A stretch of 38,029 bases of DNA, taken from the UHGV virus genome UHGV-0335973; one strand, written 5' to 3'. Position 1 is the first letter of the stretch. Each line of letters starts with the position of its first letter. The DNA is from a virus. The position numbers and the translations under genes were made by a program. The notes beneath the pieces were generated by a model. The model made no database searches. It saw nothing but the letters and a program-made list of their open reading frames with translations, and was not told where the DNA came from. Of this stretch, positions 25,918 through 36,700 are shown in pieces.

Positions 25918-26085
25918 ATGAAGAAATATAGTGTATGGATTAATGAGGAAGAAGAAGGTTTTGATGAAGTTGGAGGATGGGTAAATATCCTAAACACTGA
26001 CGACATAGAAGAGGCCGAGAAGTGCGCCCTAAACTATAACTCTGGATATTATGAAAGAAATTGGGAGTATAAGGAAGAAGTATGA
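25918..26085 (+). CDS. hypothetical acidic small protein
   Basis: ORF from track with internal ATG start. Confidence 0.3.
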   Translation: MKKYSVWINEEEEGFDEVGGWVNILNTDDIEEAEKCALNYNSGYYERNWEYKEEV

Positions 26086-26240
26086 TTTGGATTCACACTT
26101 ATAAGATTGGAAAGAAAGAGATCACCGTTGTACATCACTCTGAGGAAAGTGCAAATGCTTCTCAGGAAGTCTTGAAAGGTGAAGTTAAAACATACGTCGA
26201 AGTAAAAGCTAAATCTTGGTCATAATTAATAGGAGTAAAA

Positions 26241-26456
26241 ATGGAATACATTGATAAATATTCAAGTGAAGATTCAACAGACGCTGAAGTTTTATTTATA
26301 CTAAAAACAGACTGTCTTGAACATGGTCAACTTATCAATTTCATCGAGTTGGCAAAACTTAAAGAAGAGATCGATCAACTATATAGTGATGAGCAATCCA
26401 GATTACTTTCTCTATCCCTTCTAGGTGATTTAACTTGCGATGGTTGCATGATATGA
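26241..26456 (+). CDS. hypothetical protein (71 aa)
   Basis: ORF with AGGAG SD. Confidence 0.4.
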   Translation: MEYIDKYSSEDSTDAEVLFILKTDCLEHGQLINFIELAKLKEEIDQLYSDEQSRLLSLSLLGDLTCDGCMI

Positions 26457-26926
26457 TAGAAGATCTTCTTGATGAGTTCTTTGTTTGTGATTTATCATCT
26501 GGAAAAGTGTTCTGGAGAATTCACAACGGAACAAAATGCAGGCAAGGCGACGAGGCAGGAACTTCAAAAAAGGATGGAAGAGTACTTATTCGAGTGAAAG
26601 GAAGAGCCATTTACAGATACCACATCATTTGGTATTTTGCTAATGGCGTTTTACCTAAAGATCAAATAGATCATATTGATCGAAACCCTTCCAATGATTC
26701 CATAGGCAACCTTAGAGAAGTTAACAACGAGAATAACTCTTGGAACAAGGGTTTGAACTCTAACAACACATCAGGGGCTAAGGGTGTATACCTCAATTCA
26801 AGAGGGAAGTACATAGCCAATATACACATTAAAGGTAAAACTAAATACCTAGGAACTTTCTCAACCCTAGAGGAAGCCGTCTCTGTTAGAAACAGAGCGG
26901 AGGAAGATCACAAATTAACTATCTAA
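26435..26926 (+). CDS. freestanding HNH endonuclease with AP2-like DNA-binding domain
   Basis: IDHIDRNPSNDSIGNLR HNH motif; SGAKGVY...YIANI..KGKTKYLGTFSTLEEA AP2-like motif. Confidence 0.6.
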   Translation: MRWLHDMIEDLLDEFFVCDLSSGKVFWRIHNGTKCRQGDEAGTSKKDGRVLIRVKGRAIYRYHIIWYFANGVLPKDQIDHIDRNPSNDSIGNLREVNNENNSWNKGLNSNNTSGAKGVYLNSRGKYIANIHIKGKTKYLGTFSTLEEAVSVRNRAEEDHKLTI

Positions 26927-26935
26927 GAGGTCTTT

Positions 26936-27439
26936 ATGGCTGAAGTTTATTTTGCAGGAGATGGTCACTTAGGTCATCGCAACATCTGTAGTTTTCGTAA
27001 GCAATTTAAAACCATCGAAGAACATGACAAAGAAATTCTAGCTGCATTTGATCATGTAACTAAGCGAGACAAAATCTTCTTTACCGGTGATTGGGTGTTT
27101 GAAAAGTATGCCCTTGATATCATCGCTGAAGTAAAAGGAGAGAAGCATCTAGTCTTAGGGAACCATGACAGGTTAGAACTTCTCCCTGATATGATGAAAG
27201 TCTTCCGTAGAATCTCTGGTGATTATAAATATAAAGAGTTTTGGGTAACTCATATCCCTATTCACACTGATGAGATGAGAGGAAAGTTTAACATTTATGC
27301 TCATACACACAACCATGTAATTGATGATTGGAGATATTTCTGTACATCAATGGAGCAAATTAACTATAAAGCTGTTTCTCTGCAAGAGATTAGGAAGGTC
27401 TTTGATGAAAGAAGAAAAGAACAAGATCTCGTTATTTAA
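26936..27439 (+). CDS. calcineurin-like metallophosphoesterase
   Basis: GDGHLGH, GDW, GNHD, THIP, HTH metal-ligand motif series. Confidence 0.6.
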   Translation: MAEVYFAGDGHLGHRNICSFRKQFKTIEEHDKEILAAFDHVTKRDKIFFTGDWVFEKYALDIIAEVKGEKHLVLGNHDRLELLPDMMKVFRRISGDYKYKEFWVTHIPIHTDEMRGKFNIYAHTHNHVIDDWRYFCTSMEQINYKAVSLQEIRKVFDERRKEQDLVI

Positions 27440-27985
27440 AGAACCTGTAGTACATAAAGACTCTATCAGAGATCAATATAATGAGATGTTAAAGAAACAA
27501 GCTGATTCTAATCTTCGTTATCAGAGGATAGTAGAACAATCTAACTTTAAAGGTTTACTTGAATGGTAACTTATATTGTTTACTTCTTAGCTTTCTTAGG
27601 AATAATCTTTTTATCTATTATTCTTGAATTTGGTTTAAGTAAGTTAGTTAATTATTTAGGTAATAAGTAATTATTATTCTTTTAAATAGAGAATCAAAGT
27701 CCCTAGGAGTCCCTACAACCTAAATCAAGGATTCCTTAATTCTCTATTTTTATCTCGCAGGTGGCTCCTGCCCTTCGGTACTTGCAAGGGATTCTGTGAA
27801 TTGCCCAATATACAAGCCTGCAATAACTTTATCAGCTATACAATATATACATTACTAGTGTGTTATATCTACTACCAAAGATACTTATATTATATAGCAC
27901 TCTTATCGGTATAAGCGTAATGTATACTATACATAACCGCTCAAAGAGAGCAACAATCTTTCAAATTAAATAAGGAAATTAAAAT

Positions 27986-28732
27986 ATGTCTATGATTCCA
28001 ACTATCGCAACTGCTTCCCGTAAATCCAACTACGATGTAATCCCTGATGGTGAATACGAAGCACGTATCGTTCGTGTAGTAGGTTTGGGTGTTCACAATC
28101 GTGACCCTTGGATTGACCCGAAGACCAAAGCAGTAACTCCTAAGAATCCGGCTTTCCGTATGGATTTAGCTTTCGAGCTGATTGGTGTTGATGCTACTGG
28201 TAAAGATTCCGATGGTAAGGCATTAGAACCACGTCCGGCTTGCCAGTTCAAGAGCTATGATGTAAACCCACGAGCTAAGAACTCTGGTATTCTTGATCTC
28301 TGCAAGATGATTGACCCAAGTATTCAAGCACTGAAAGGTGATCTGTCTTGGTTCAAGGATGTTCTGTTAGGTCAGCCTGTTAACATTCTGGTTAACTCTT
28401 ATACTAACAAAGCTGGTGAAGTTAAAAACTCCATCAAGACCATTTCTCCAATCCCAACCAAATATCGTGCAGCAGTTGGTGAAGCTCGCAGTCCTCTGGT
28501 ATTCTTCGAACCATATGCTGAAACCGATGAGAACGTAGCATCCTATCAACTGATGTTCCCGTTCCAGCGCAACCTGCTTACCCAAGCTAATGACGCTAAG
28601 AACATGCCTCTGGCTGGTCGTGAAATTACTCGTGCTTCTGAAACAGAACAGAAAGAAGCTACTCCTTCAATCCCTACGATTGATAAAGAGCCTGCTTCTA
28701 CCTATGAAGATGACAACGACTCTCCTTTCTAA
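27986..28732 (+). CDS. putative ssDNA-binding protein with acidic C-terminal tail ending in Phe
   Basis: C-terminus YEDDNDSPF resembles acidic F-terminated tails of E. coli SSB and T7 gp2.5; strong RBS, long upstream intergenic region, terminator downstream. Confidence 0.45.
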   Translation: MSMIPTIATASRKSNYDVIPDGEYEARIVRVVGLGVHNRDPWIDPKTKAVTPKNPAFRMDLAFELIGVDATGKDSDGKALEPRPACQFKSYDVNPRAKNSGILDLCKMIDPSIQALKGDLSWFKDVLLGQPVNILVNSYTNKAGEVKNSIKTISPIPTKYRAAVGEARSPLVFFEPYAETDENVASYQLMFPFQRNLLTQANDAKNMPLAGREITRASETEQKEATPSIPTIDKEPASTYEDDNDSPF

Positions 28733-28754
28733 GTAACTCTCCTTGTTATAGCTT

Positions 28755-28778
28755 AGCCACCTCCGGGTGGCTTTTTTC
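28755..28778 (+). terminator. rho-independent terminator
   Basis: GCCACC-TCCG-GGTGGC hairpin followed by TTTTTT. Confidence 0.55.
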
Positions 28779-29025
28779 GTTGGAGATAACATGCAAAACA
28801 CATTAAGTGATAACTTAGGGTTTATCGTTTTCTCAGCTCTTGTATTCTTTGGTGGTATGAAGTTCAATGAATACAGAACAGATAGTAACAACCTCGATAA
28901 AGAGAAACACCAACAAGAGTTAGAGATTGAAAGAAGTAAGGCAGCTGATGAAGTTGCTCAGAGGGTTCTTAATGGTTTATCTAACTGGAAGAAGAACACG
29001 GAGACTGTTTATAAAGAGATGCATT

Positions 29026-30309
<1,284 letters not shown>

Positions 30310-30319
<10 letters not shown>

Positions 30320-30846
30320 ACGAGTTTGAATCCAAAAAAGCAGAAGTTATTGTACTAACAGAGAAATTAAAAGAGAAGACTAAGACAATCTCTATGCTAC
30401 GTGCAGTTATTGACAGTTATCGTAAATCTGTTGAAGAAATCTCTTCATGTTCCGATGATACAGAAATTCGATTTGCAATGAAAAGGTTGATAGTAAAACC
30501 ACCAGTAGGTGAAGAGTATCCAATTTATTCCTCTGTTCCTGTAGTCAGTTTTAAGCCTACAACTGAACAAACCAGCAAAAGAAGCCCAGCTTTAGATGTT
30601 ATGGTAGGTGGCGCACACTACGACCCCGATAGCAAAAAGATTCAACCTGTCGAGTTTTATCATGCAAACCCTCAGTTGAACTTCCAACAAACCAATATGA
30701 TCAAATATGCTTATCGACACAAAGATAAGAATAAGGTTCAGGATTTGTTGAAGGTTGTTCATTATGCCCTTCTTGAATGTGGGTTTGAATACCCTGAAGA
30801 GTACGATAACTTCCGTAGTGAAATTCGTAAGCTGTTAGGAGAATAA
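30310..30846 (+). CDS. DUF3310-like phage protein
   Basis: GGAHY...IQPVEF...NMIKYAYRHKDKN..DLLKVVHYA pattern. Confidence 0.45.
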
Positions 30847-30847
30847 T

Positions 30848-31666
30848 ATGGAAGACGTTAAGCTCCCTGAAGTAGCTATAGTGGATGCTGACGTTCTTCG
30901 ATATGAAGTGGGTGCTCTTACTCAGGAGCATCCCTTCCTTGACACAGGACGTGTTCCAGTTGACTACAATTTCATGATTGAACGACTTCAGTACAAGATC
31001 GATACAATCATAGCTCGCTCAGGTTGTAGTAAGGTTGTGTTCTACTTCAGCGAAGGTGGTAACTTCCGTTTTGATGTTGCTAAGCAGCAAGACTACAAAG
31101 CAAATAGACCTCCCGGAGAAAGACCTTTTCACTGGCAAAACGTTGGTGATTACATTAAAGGTAAATATGAATACATAGACGTATTTGGGAGAGAGGCTGA
31201 TGATGCACTAGCTGAAAGGCAACGCAGAGATAAGAACACTATCATCTGTACTAGAGACAAAGACTTGTTGATAACTCCCGGATGGCACTATCGCTGGGCT
31301 TGTGGAGAAAGGCAGAAAGAGGTTCCCCCTCACTACGTATCTGATTTAATCTCATGGCAAAACTTCTTCTATCAAATGTTGATAGGAGACGGTACGGATA
31401 ATATCCCCGGATGTGGGGAACGTAAAGAGGTTATGTGGGGTGGTAAACTTCAGCTTCGACGTCAAGGTATAGGGAAGAAGGCAGCAGCTAAATTACTAGC
31501 TGATGTTACAGATAAGTGGACCATGTATCATATAGTACGAATGGAATATTATAAGAAGTTCGATACTGAAGATGAAGAGAAGATGCTTGAGAATGCTAGG
31601 CTGCTCTTTGTTGGTCAGACTCCGGAAGATTTATTTGATTGGACATGGTTGGATAGAGAATGGTAA
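30848..31666 (+). CDS. 5'-3' exonuclease (T7 gp6 / FEN family)
   Basis: YKANRPP, EADDALA, TRDKDL and GDGTDNIPG (H3TH) motifs. Confidence 0.7.
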   Translation: MEDVKLPEVAIVDADVLRYEVGALTQEHPFLDTGRVPVDYNFMIERLQYKIDTIIARSGCSKVVFYFSEGGNFRFDVAKQQDYKANRPPGERPFHWQNVGDYIKGKYEYIDVFGREADDALAERQRRDKNTIICTRDKDLLITPGWHYRWACGERQKEVPPHYVSDLISWQNFFYQMLIGDGTDNIPGCGERKEVMWGGKLQLRRQGIGKKAAAKLLADVTDKWTMYHIVRMEYYKKFDTEDEEKMLENARLLFVGQTPEDLFDWTWLDREW

Positions 31667-32172
31667 CAGATTATAGATCTAGTAATACCCCAGAAGACAT
31701 TAGAGATTTATGGCAAACTCCTAAATGGCTGTTTGATTTCTTTAACACAAGGTTTGAATTCTCCTGTGATATAGCATCTAGTGACAAGAATCATCTACTA
31801 GAAAAATATATAACAGAGGAAATGAATTCTCTAACCTATGATTTCTCTGAGTTCAGAAACACTTACACTTGGTGTAATCCTCCATATTCAGATATAACTC
31901 CTTGGGTTGACTTGGCAATCAAAAACAAGAAACTTAAAGTTGGTACAGTTTTATTACTACCAGCTGATACTTCTGTTAAGTGGTTTACTAAGTGTATAAA
32001 CCATGCTGATGAGATTGTTTTCATAACAGGTGGTCGTGTGAGTTTCACAAGAGCAGATACACAGCAAAGTGTTAGTGGTAACACTAAAGGAAGTGTAGTA
32101 GTCATCTTCTCCACTGAAGCAGAGAGACGTAAGCTCTCAACCTCCTATATAGAAAGAGACTGGATAAAATAA
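31660..32172 (+). CDS. DNA N6-adenine methyltransferase (phage Dam family)
   Basis: WQTPKWLFD near N-terminus and NPPY catalytic motif. Confidence 0.65.
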   Translation: MVTDYRSSNTPEDIRDLWQTPKWLFDFFNTRFEFSCDIASSDKNHLLEKYITEEMNSLTYDFSEFRNTYTWCNPPYSDITPWVDLAIKNKKLKVGTVLLLPADTSVKWFTKCINHADEIVFITGGRVSFTRADTQQSVSGNTKGSVVVIFSTEAERRKLSTSYIERDWIK

Positions 32173-32348
32173 GGATATTATAATGGGTAAATTTGATTAT
32201 CGTTCATATGATGAAAACTCCTCCAACCGTGAATCTCGTAAAGACCAAAAGATTAAACATCAACTGTTTGATCAGAGAACTGGTCGTATTCCTCGTGAGG
32301 GTAAGGTGAGCCATCGTGTAAACAAACGAGTTTGGGAAGAAGCTGATT

Positions 32349-33302
32349 ATGGCGAAGTCTGAGAAGACTCGCTGTAGTGGAATGTGGACTGAAGCTCGTT
32401 ATAACTCTTTCATCAAGTCAGGGATTCGTTCTCTGACTAGAAAGTGGAAGCCCATGTTCGATGCACTAGCAGACGCCAAGACAGAGCAGAAGATTAATCC
32501 AAAGACAGGTAGACTGGCAATGCACTTTAAGTGTGCCATGTGTGGTTCTGACCACCCTGTAAAGGATATGGCTATTGACCACATAAAGAGTATCATAGGT
32601 CCAGAAGGGTTCCTTGATTGGGACACTACTATAGAGAGGGCTTTGTGTGAGAAAGAAGGTTTTCAAGTTCTATGTAAAGATCCTTGCCACAAAGAGAAAA
32701 CAAATAGAGAGAGTATGGAAAGAAAGACTTGGAAGAAAGCAAGAGATGACAACCCTAGAGAGTATGATTCTTGGAACAGCATGAATCGAAGATGCTACGA
32801 TAAGAATTTTAGAGCATACCCTTGGTACGGAGGAAAAGGCATCAAGGTTTGTGAGGAGTGGAATCAATCAAATGGTATAGGATCTCTTGATAACTTTATA
32901 AGAGATATGGGCAAGAGGCCAGAAGGTTGCACTTTAGACAGGATAGACCCAGAGAAAGATTATGAACCAACCAATTGTCGATGGGCTACTAATTTAGAAC
33001 AAGGACGAAACACTTCAAGGAATGTTTGGATTCAAGTAGACGATGATTTACTGCAACTTCATGAGTGTGAGGAGCGATACGGTGTTCCTGCTAAATTAGT
33101 GGGACGACGTATCAACAAAGGTTGGACCCCTAGACAGGCTGTTGGTTTAGATAAGAAAGAAAAAGCGGAATACCTCACTAACCTAACAGAAGAAGACGTA
33201 GAGTTTATCAGAGATAGCAAGTTATCACAGGAGAAAACTGGAGAAGTTCTAGGGTTAACAAGAGATCAAGTCAGATGGATTAAAAAGAAATTTAACATTT
33301 AA
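32349..33302 (+). CDS. freestanding HNH endonuclease with C-terminal DNA-binding region
   Basis: CAMCGSDHPVKDMAIDHIKS...LCKDPCHKEK HNH motif. Confidence 0.65.
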   Translation: MAKSEKTRCSGMWTEARYNSFIKSGIRSLTRKWKPMFDALADAKTEQKINPKTGRLAMHFKCAMCGSDHPVKDMAIDHIKSIIGPEGFLDWDTTIERALCEKEGFQVLCKDPCHKEKTNRESMERKTWKKARDDNPREYDSWNSMNRRCYDKNFRAYPWYGGKGIKVCEEWNQSNGIGSLDNFIRDMGKRPEGCTLDRIDPEKDYEPTNCRWATNLEQGRNTSRNVWIQVDDDLLQLHECEERYGVPAKLVGRRINKGWTPRQAVGLDKKEKAEYLTNLTEEDVEFIRDSKLSQEKTGEVLGLTRDQVRWIKKKFNI

Positions 33303-33309
33303 GGATATC

Positions 33310-33555
33310 ATGGAAACTATTAAGGAAATTAATGATGATCAAAAGTCTACGCAACAAGTGCTTCGCTTTCGCTATCGTAATTGGAGAGGCGAGGTTGCTG
33401 ACCGGTCCGTTATTCCACTCCGAACCTCCGTTGCTAGCTCCCGTTTTCATAACGGTGGCAAACCTTGTTGGATTATGACAGCGATAGATGTAGAGAAAGA
33501 TGAGATTCGAGAGTTCAAACTCTCTGACATTATTCAGTATTATGATTTAATCTAG
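33310..33555 (+). CDS. hypothetical protein (81 aa), last + strand gene in track
   Basis: ORF with AAGGA SD. Confidence 0.45.
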   Translation: METIKEINDDQKSTQQVLRFRYRNWRGEVADRSVIPLRTSVASSRFHNGGKPCWIMTAIDVEKDEIREFKLSDIIQYYDLI

Positions 33556-33722
33556 GAGATTGTATGGGAAATGACCAAGAACTGATTGACGAAATGTTAA
33601 AACTAGCCAACCGTCTCACAGAGATAATTAAAGAGATCAATGCAAGAAAGGAATCATACTTAGCCTCTGAAGAGAATTGGGATGTATGACGAATTTGATG
33701 GTTTTTAAAATTTAGAAACAAA

Positions 33723-33759
33723 TAAAGCCCTCTTGGATTTCTCCTTGAGGGCTTTTCTT
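33723..33759. terminator. putative bidirectional terminator between convergent transcription units
   Basis: AAGCCCTC...GAGGGCTT hairpin flanked by A-rich 5' and T-rich 3' sequence; lies between last + strand gene and stop of - strand gene. Confidence 0.45.
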
Positions 33760-33762
33760 TTA

Positions 33763-36700
33763 TCACTCCTTAGGTCGAACTCTTACACGGAGTCTCGATT
33801 GACGCTTACTGCGTTCAAGCTTCTCTGACAATGAGCCACGTTTAATCTTAGGCTTCCCTTCGTCATTAAACTTCTCCAAGAACTGCAAGTACTCAGTACG
33901 ATTCGTTGTCTTGTAAGAAGGAATCTTAATATCAGGGTTCTCTTCAATTACACGTCTCATCTTCGCTACATCATCCCTACCAAGCAACTTACTCTTAGCC
34001 TGTTCAGCTGTAGAACCAAAGATCTTCTCCAGTGCTCTGGATTTGTTACCACCTGCGGAAGAAGCACCAAGTTTAGCAATGGCAGAGTAATCATCAGCAC
34101 TAAACCAAGCTACTGGATTATCACCATACTTCTTCTTGTTTTCAGCAGCAGTCTGCAATGCACGTACAAAGCGACGGTTGTTACCAGCCTTATCTGCACC
34201 ATGAACCCTGTCTAAAACTTCAGCCACACTAGCCAACTCATCCAAGCTCTTCCCACTCAAGAAAGCTTTCTCTACTTTATCAGCAAAGACCTCTTCCTGT
34301 TGTTTAATACTTTCCAAGATATCAGAATTTGCTTGAGATCTTTCATCATCAGGCAGAGCAGAACGAATCTTCTCCATCTCCAACTCTTCCTCTTGCAGTT
34401 TCTTAATATCAGAGTCAACCTTCTGAGCCTCCTCAATAGCCTTCCTAGTATCCGCATCCAAGTTATCAAGCTTACCTTCAGTATCTCCAGTAACCTTAAC
34501 AATCTCTTTCTCGATAGGAGTCATTGATTCGTACTTCTTAGCAAACTTCTCAACATCAGCTTCGATACGAGAACGAGCATTCTGATGTTCAGTGGGAGTC
34601 ATAGGCTTCTCAAGAAGTGCATAACGGTTGTCCATATAGGAACCAGCAAATACTTCAGCATCCTCTCTAGATATGCCCTTATCTTCCATAGTACGCATCA
34701 GGCGGCGATGAATGTCATCACGTTGACGTTGTACTGCCATAAGGTCATTCTCACGCTCTTGGGCCGCTTTAAGCTCTTCACTGCGCTTAACTCTCTTGTC
34801 CACATCAAACTTACGGTTCATCTCTTCCGCTTGCTCATACATCTTATTCCACTTGGCCTGACGAGCATCTTCCTCTGCATCAGTTAAACGACGCTGACGA
34901 TCAAGGTAATCTGACTCGGCGTTGTGGATACGTTCAATGTAACTACGGAACTTCTCTGGAGGAACTGGAGAGTTCTTGTCATGGTGAGCAGCCAACTGTT
35001 TCAATGTACGAGATTCCTGAGCCTCACGAACAGGTTTAGGTAAACCTTCCATCATCTTCTCAATCTCACTCTTCTGAGCTGCAATAGCCTCTAGAGTTTT
35101 ACGTTCATTCTCAACAGCAGCCTTAGCATCTGAACGAGCCTGAGCTTTGTTTTTCAGAGTAGCAAGACGTTCTTCACGAGCTTGTATGTGTTTAGCAAAA
35201 GCTTCGTACTGAGAGTTCTTGTTAGCTTTGTTGAAGGCATTCACTTCTCTGTTGTAGGTGTTAATAAACCCATCCCAAATATCCTTCATCTGACCAACTT
35301 CCAAAGCCTCTTCCCTACCAGCCTTCTCTGAAGACTTAAACTTCCCGTCTACAAAGTCATTCATCAGCTTACGCATAGCGTCTTTCTGAGCAGGACGTAA
35401 AGGTTCTGAATCAATCAAAGCATCAATCTCAGACTGAAGCTCTTTCTTCTGGTCAACCAGCTTAGGAGCATTCTTGTTATCGAAAGCTTTATTCTCTTCA
35501 AGAGCTTGTTGATACAGTCTATCAAACTCATCTTCACGCTGCTTCTGATACAACCTTTCAGCACGACGTTTCAGACTATCCAAGTTAGTTACGTTCCCAC
35601 CTAAACCTTTCTCTTCAGCACGTAATGCCTTAGTAGCAATATCTTCTGGCAGACCACGTTCCTTAACCCATTCAGCAAAATTAGTTCGTACAGTGTTGTT
35701 CTTAGCAGTAGCAATACCTTGCTGAGAAGCCAGCTGGTTACGAGCCATTTCTTCATGACGTTCAGTGTTGATAGCATTATCTTCCTGACGAATACGACGC
35801 ATCAACTCTTTAGGATCACCCTTGTAAGCCAAGAAGTTTTCAGCAGTAGCTTTAGCCTTAGCAGCCTTAGAGTACAAAGAACGAGCAAAACGTTCTGCAC
35901 GATCTTTAGTAGCCTGACGAGCAGCACTAGACATAGCAGCTAAACGTTCTACACCACTTGCCGGTTTAACGTCCTGTACAGCTTCCTTAGGAGCTTTAGG
36001 AGCACTAGCAGGTAATGGATCAGCTTGTCTTAGAGAACTAGCTTTGACCATATCGTTTGAGTCAACCAAATTATGGTTGCGCAAAAACTGTTGCTCAGCC
36101 GGGGTGAACTGGTTTAGGCGAAGAGCAATGTTGCCATTTAAATCTTGAGAAAGTATCCCATCTTCAGTGTAGTGAGAGAGAGATTCTTTAGTAACAGAAG
36201 ATACATCCTCTGATGAAACCTTTTGGCCCTCTTCTTGAGCACGTTGCTGTTCCATTGCACGACGTTCCTCTAAAGGATTACGAGCAGGGAGTGGTTCAGC
36301 CTGTGGAGTCTGTTCGACCGGAACTTCTTGAGCTGCTGCTGCCTCTTCTTCAGCACGACGCTGTTCAGCCTGACGGATAGCACGTCTTTGCGCAACTAAA
36401 TCACGAGCTGTAAGAGGAGATTCTTGAGGAGCAGAAGAAGGAAGATTTTCTTCCGTCACAGTACTAGAAGAAGGCTCCCGAACCGGTTCGGTTTCTACGT
36501 CATTTTGCGTCTTAAATTTAATGTCGTCAACAACTGGCTCTTCTTCCATTTTAGCACGAGCTTCATCAGCAGTAGATTTAGCACGAGCAACTTCCAAATC
36601 ACCACGAGCCAGAGAGCGGATAGCTTCACTGTTAGACTCTTGTTGCTTAACACGTTGAGAACGGGCACGCTGAGAAGAGAAGCGATTCAGAGCATATTTA

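Noticed and set aside
28767-28790. Track start 28767 for the i-spanin ORF
   Set aside because: It would translate through the terminator hairpin of the upstream gene; ATG 28791 has a proper GGAGA SD.
33564-33689. Small + strand ORF after the last track gene (MGNDQELIDE...)
   Set aside because: Plausible start with AGGAG SD, but my hand reading of this stretch was inconsistent by one base between passes, so length and frame are unreliable; not called.
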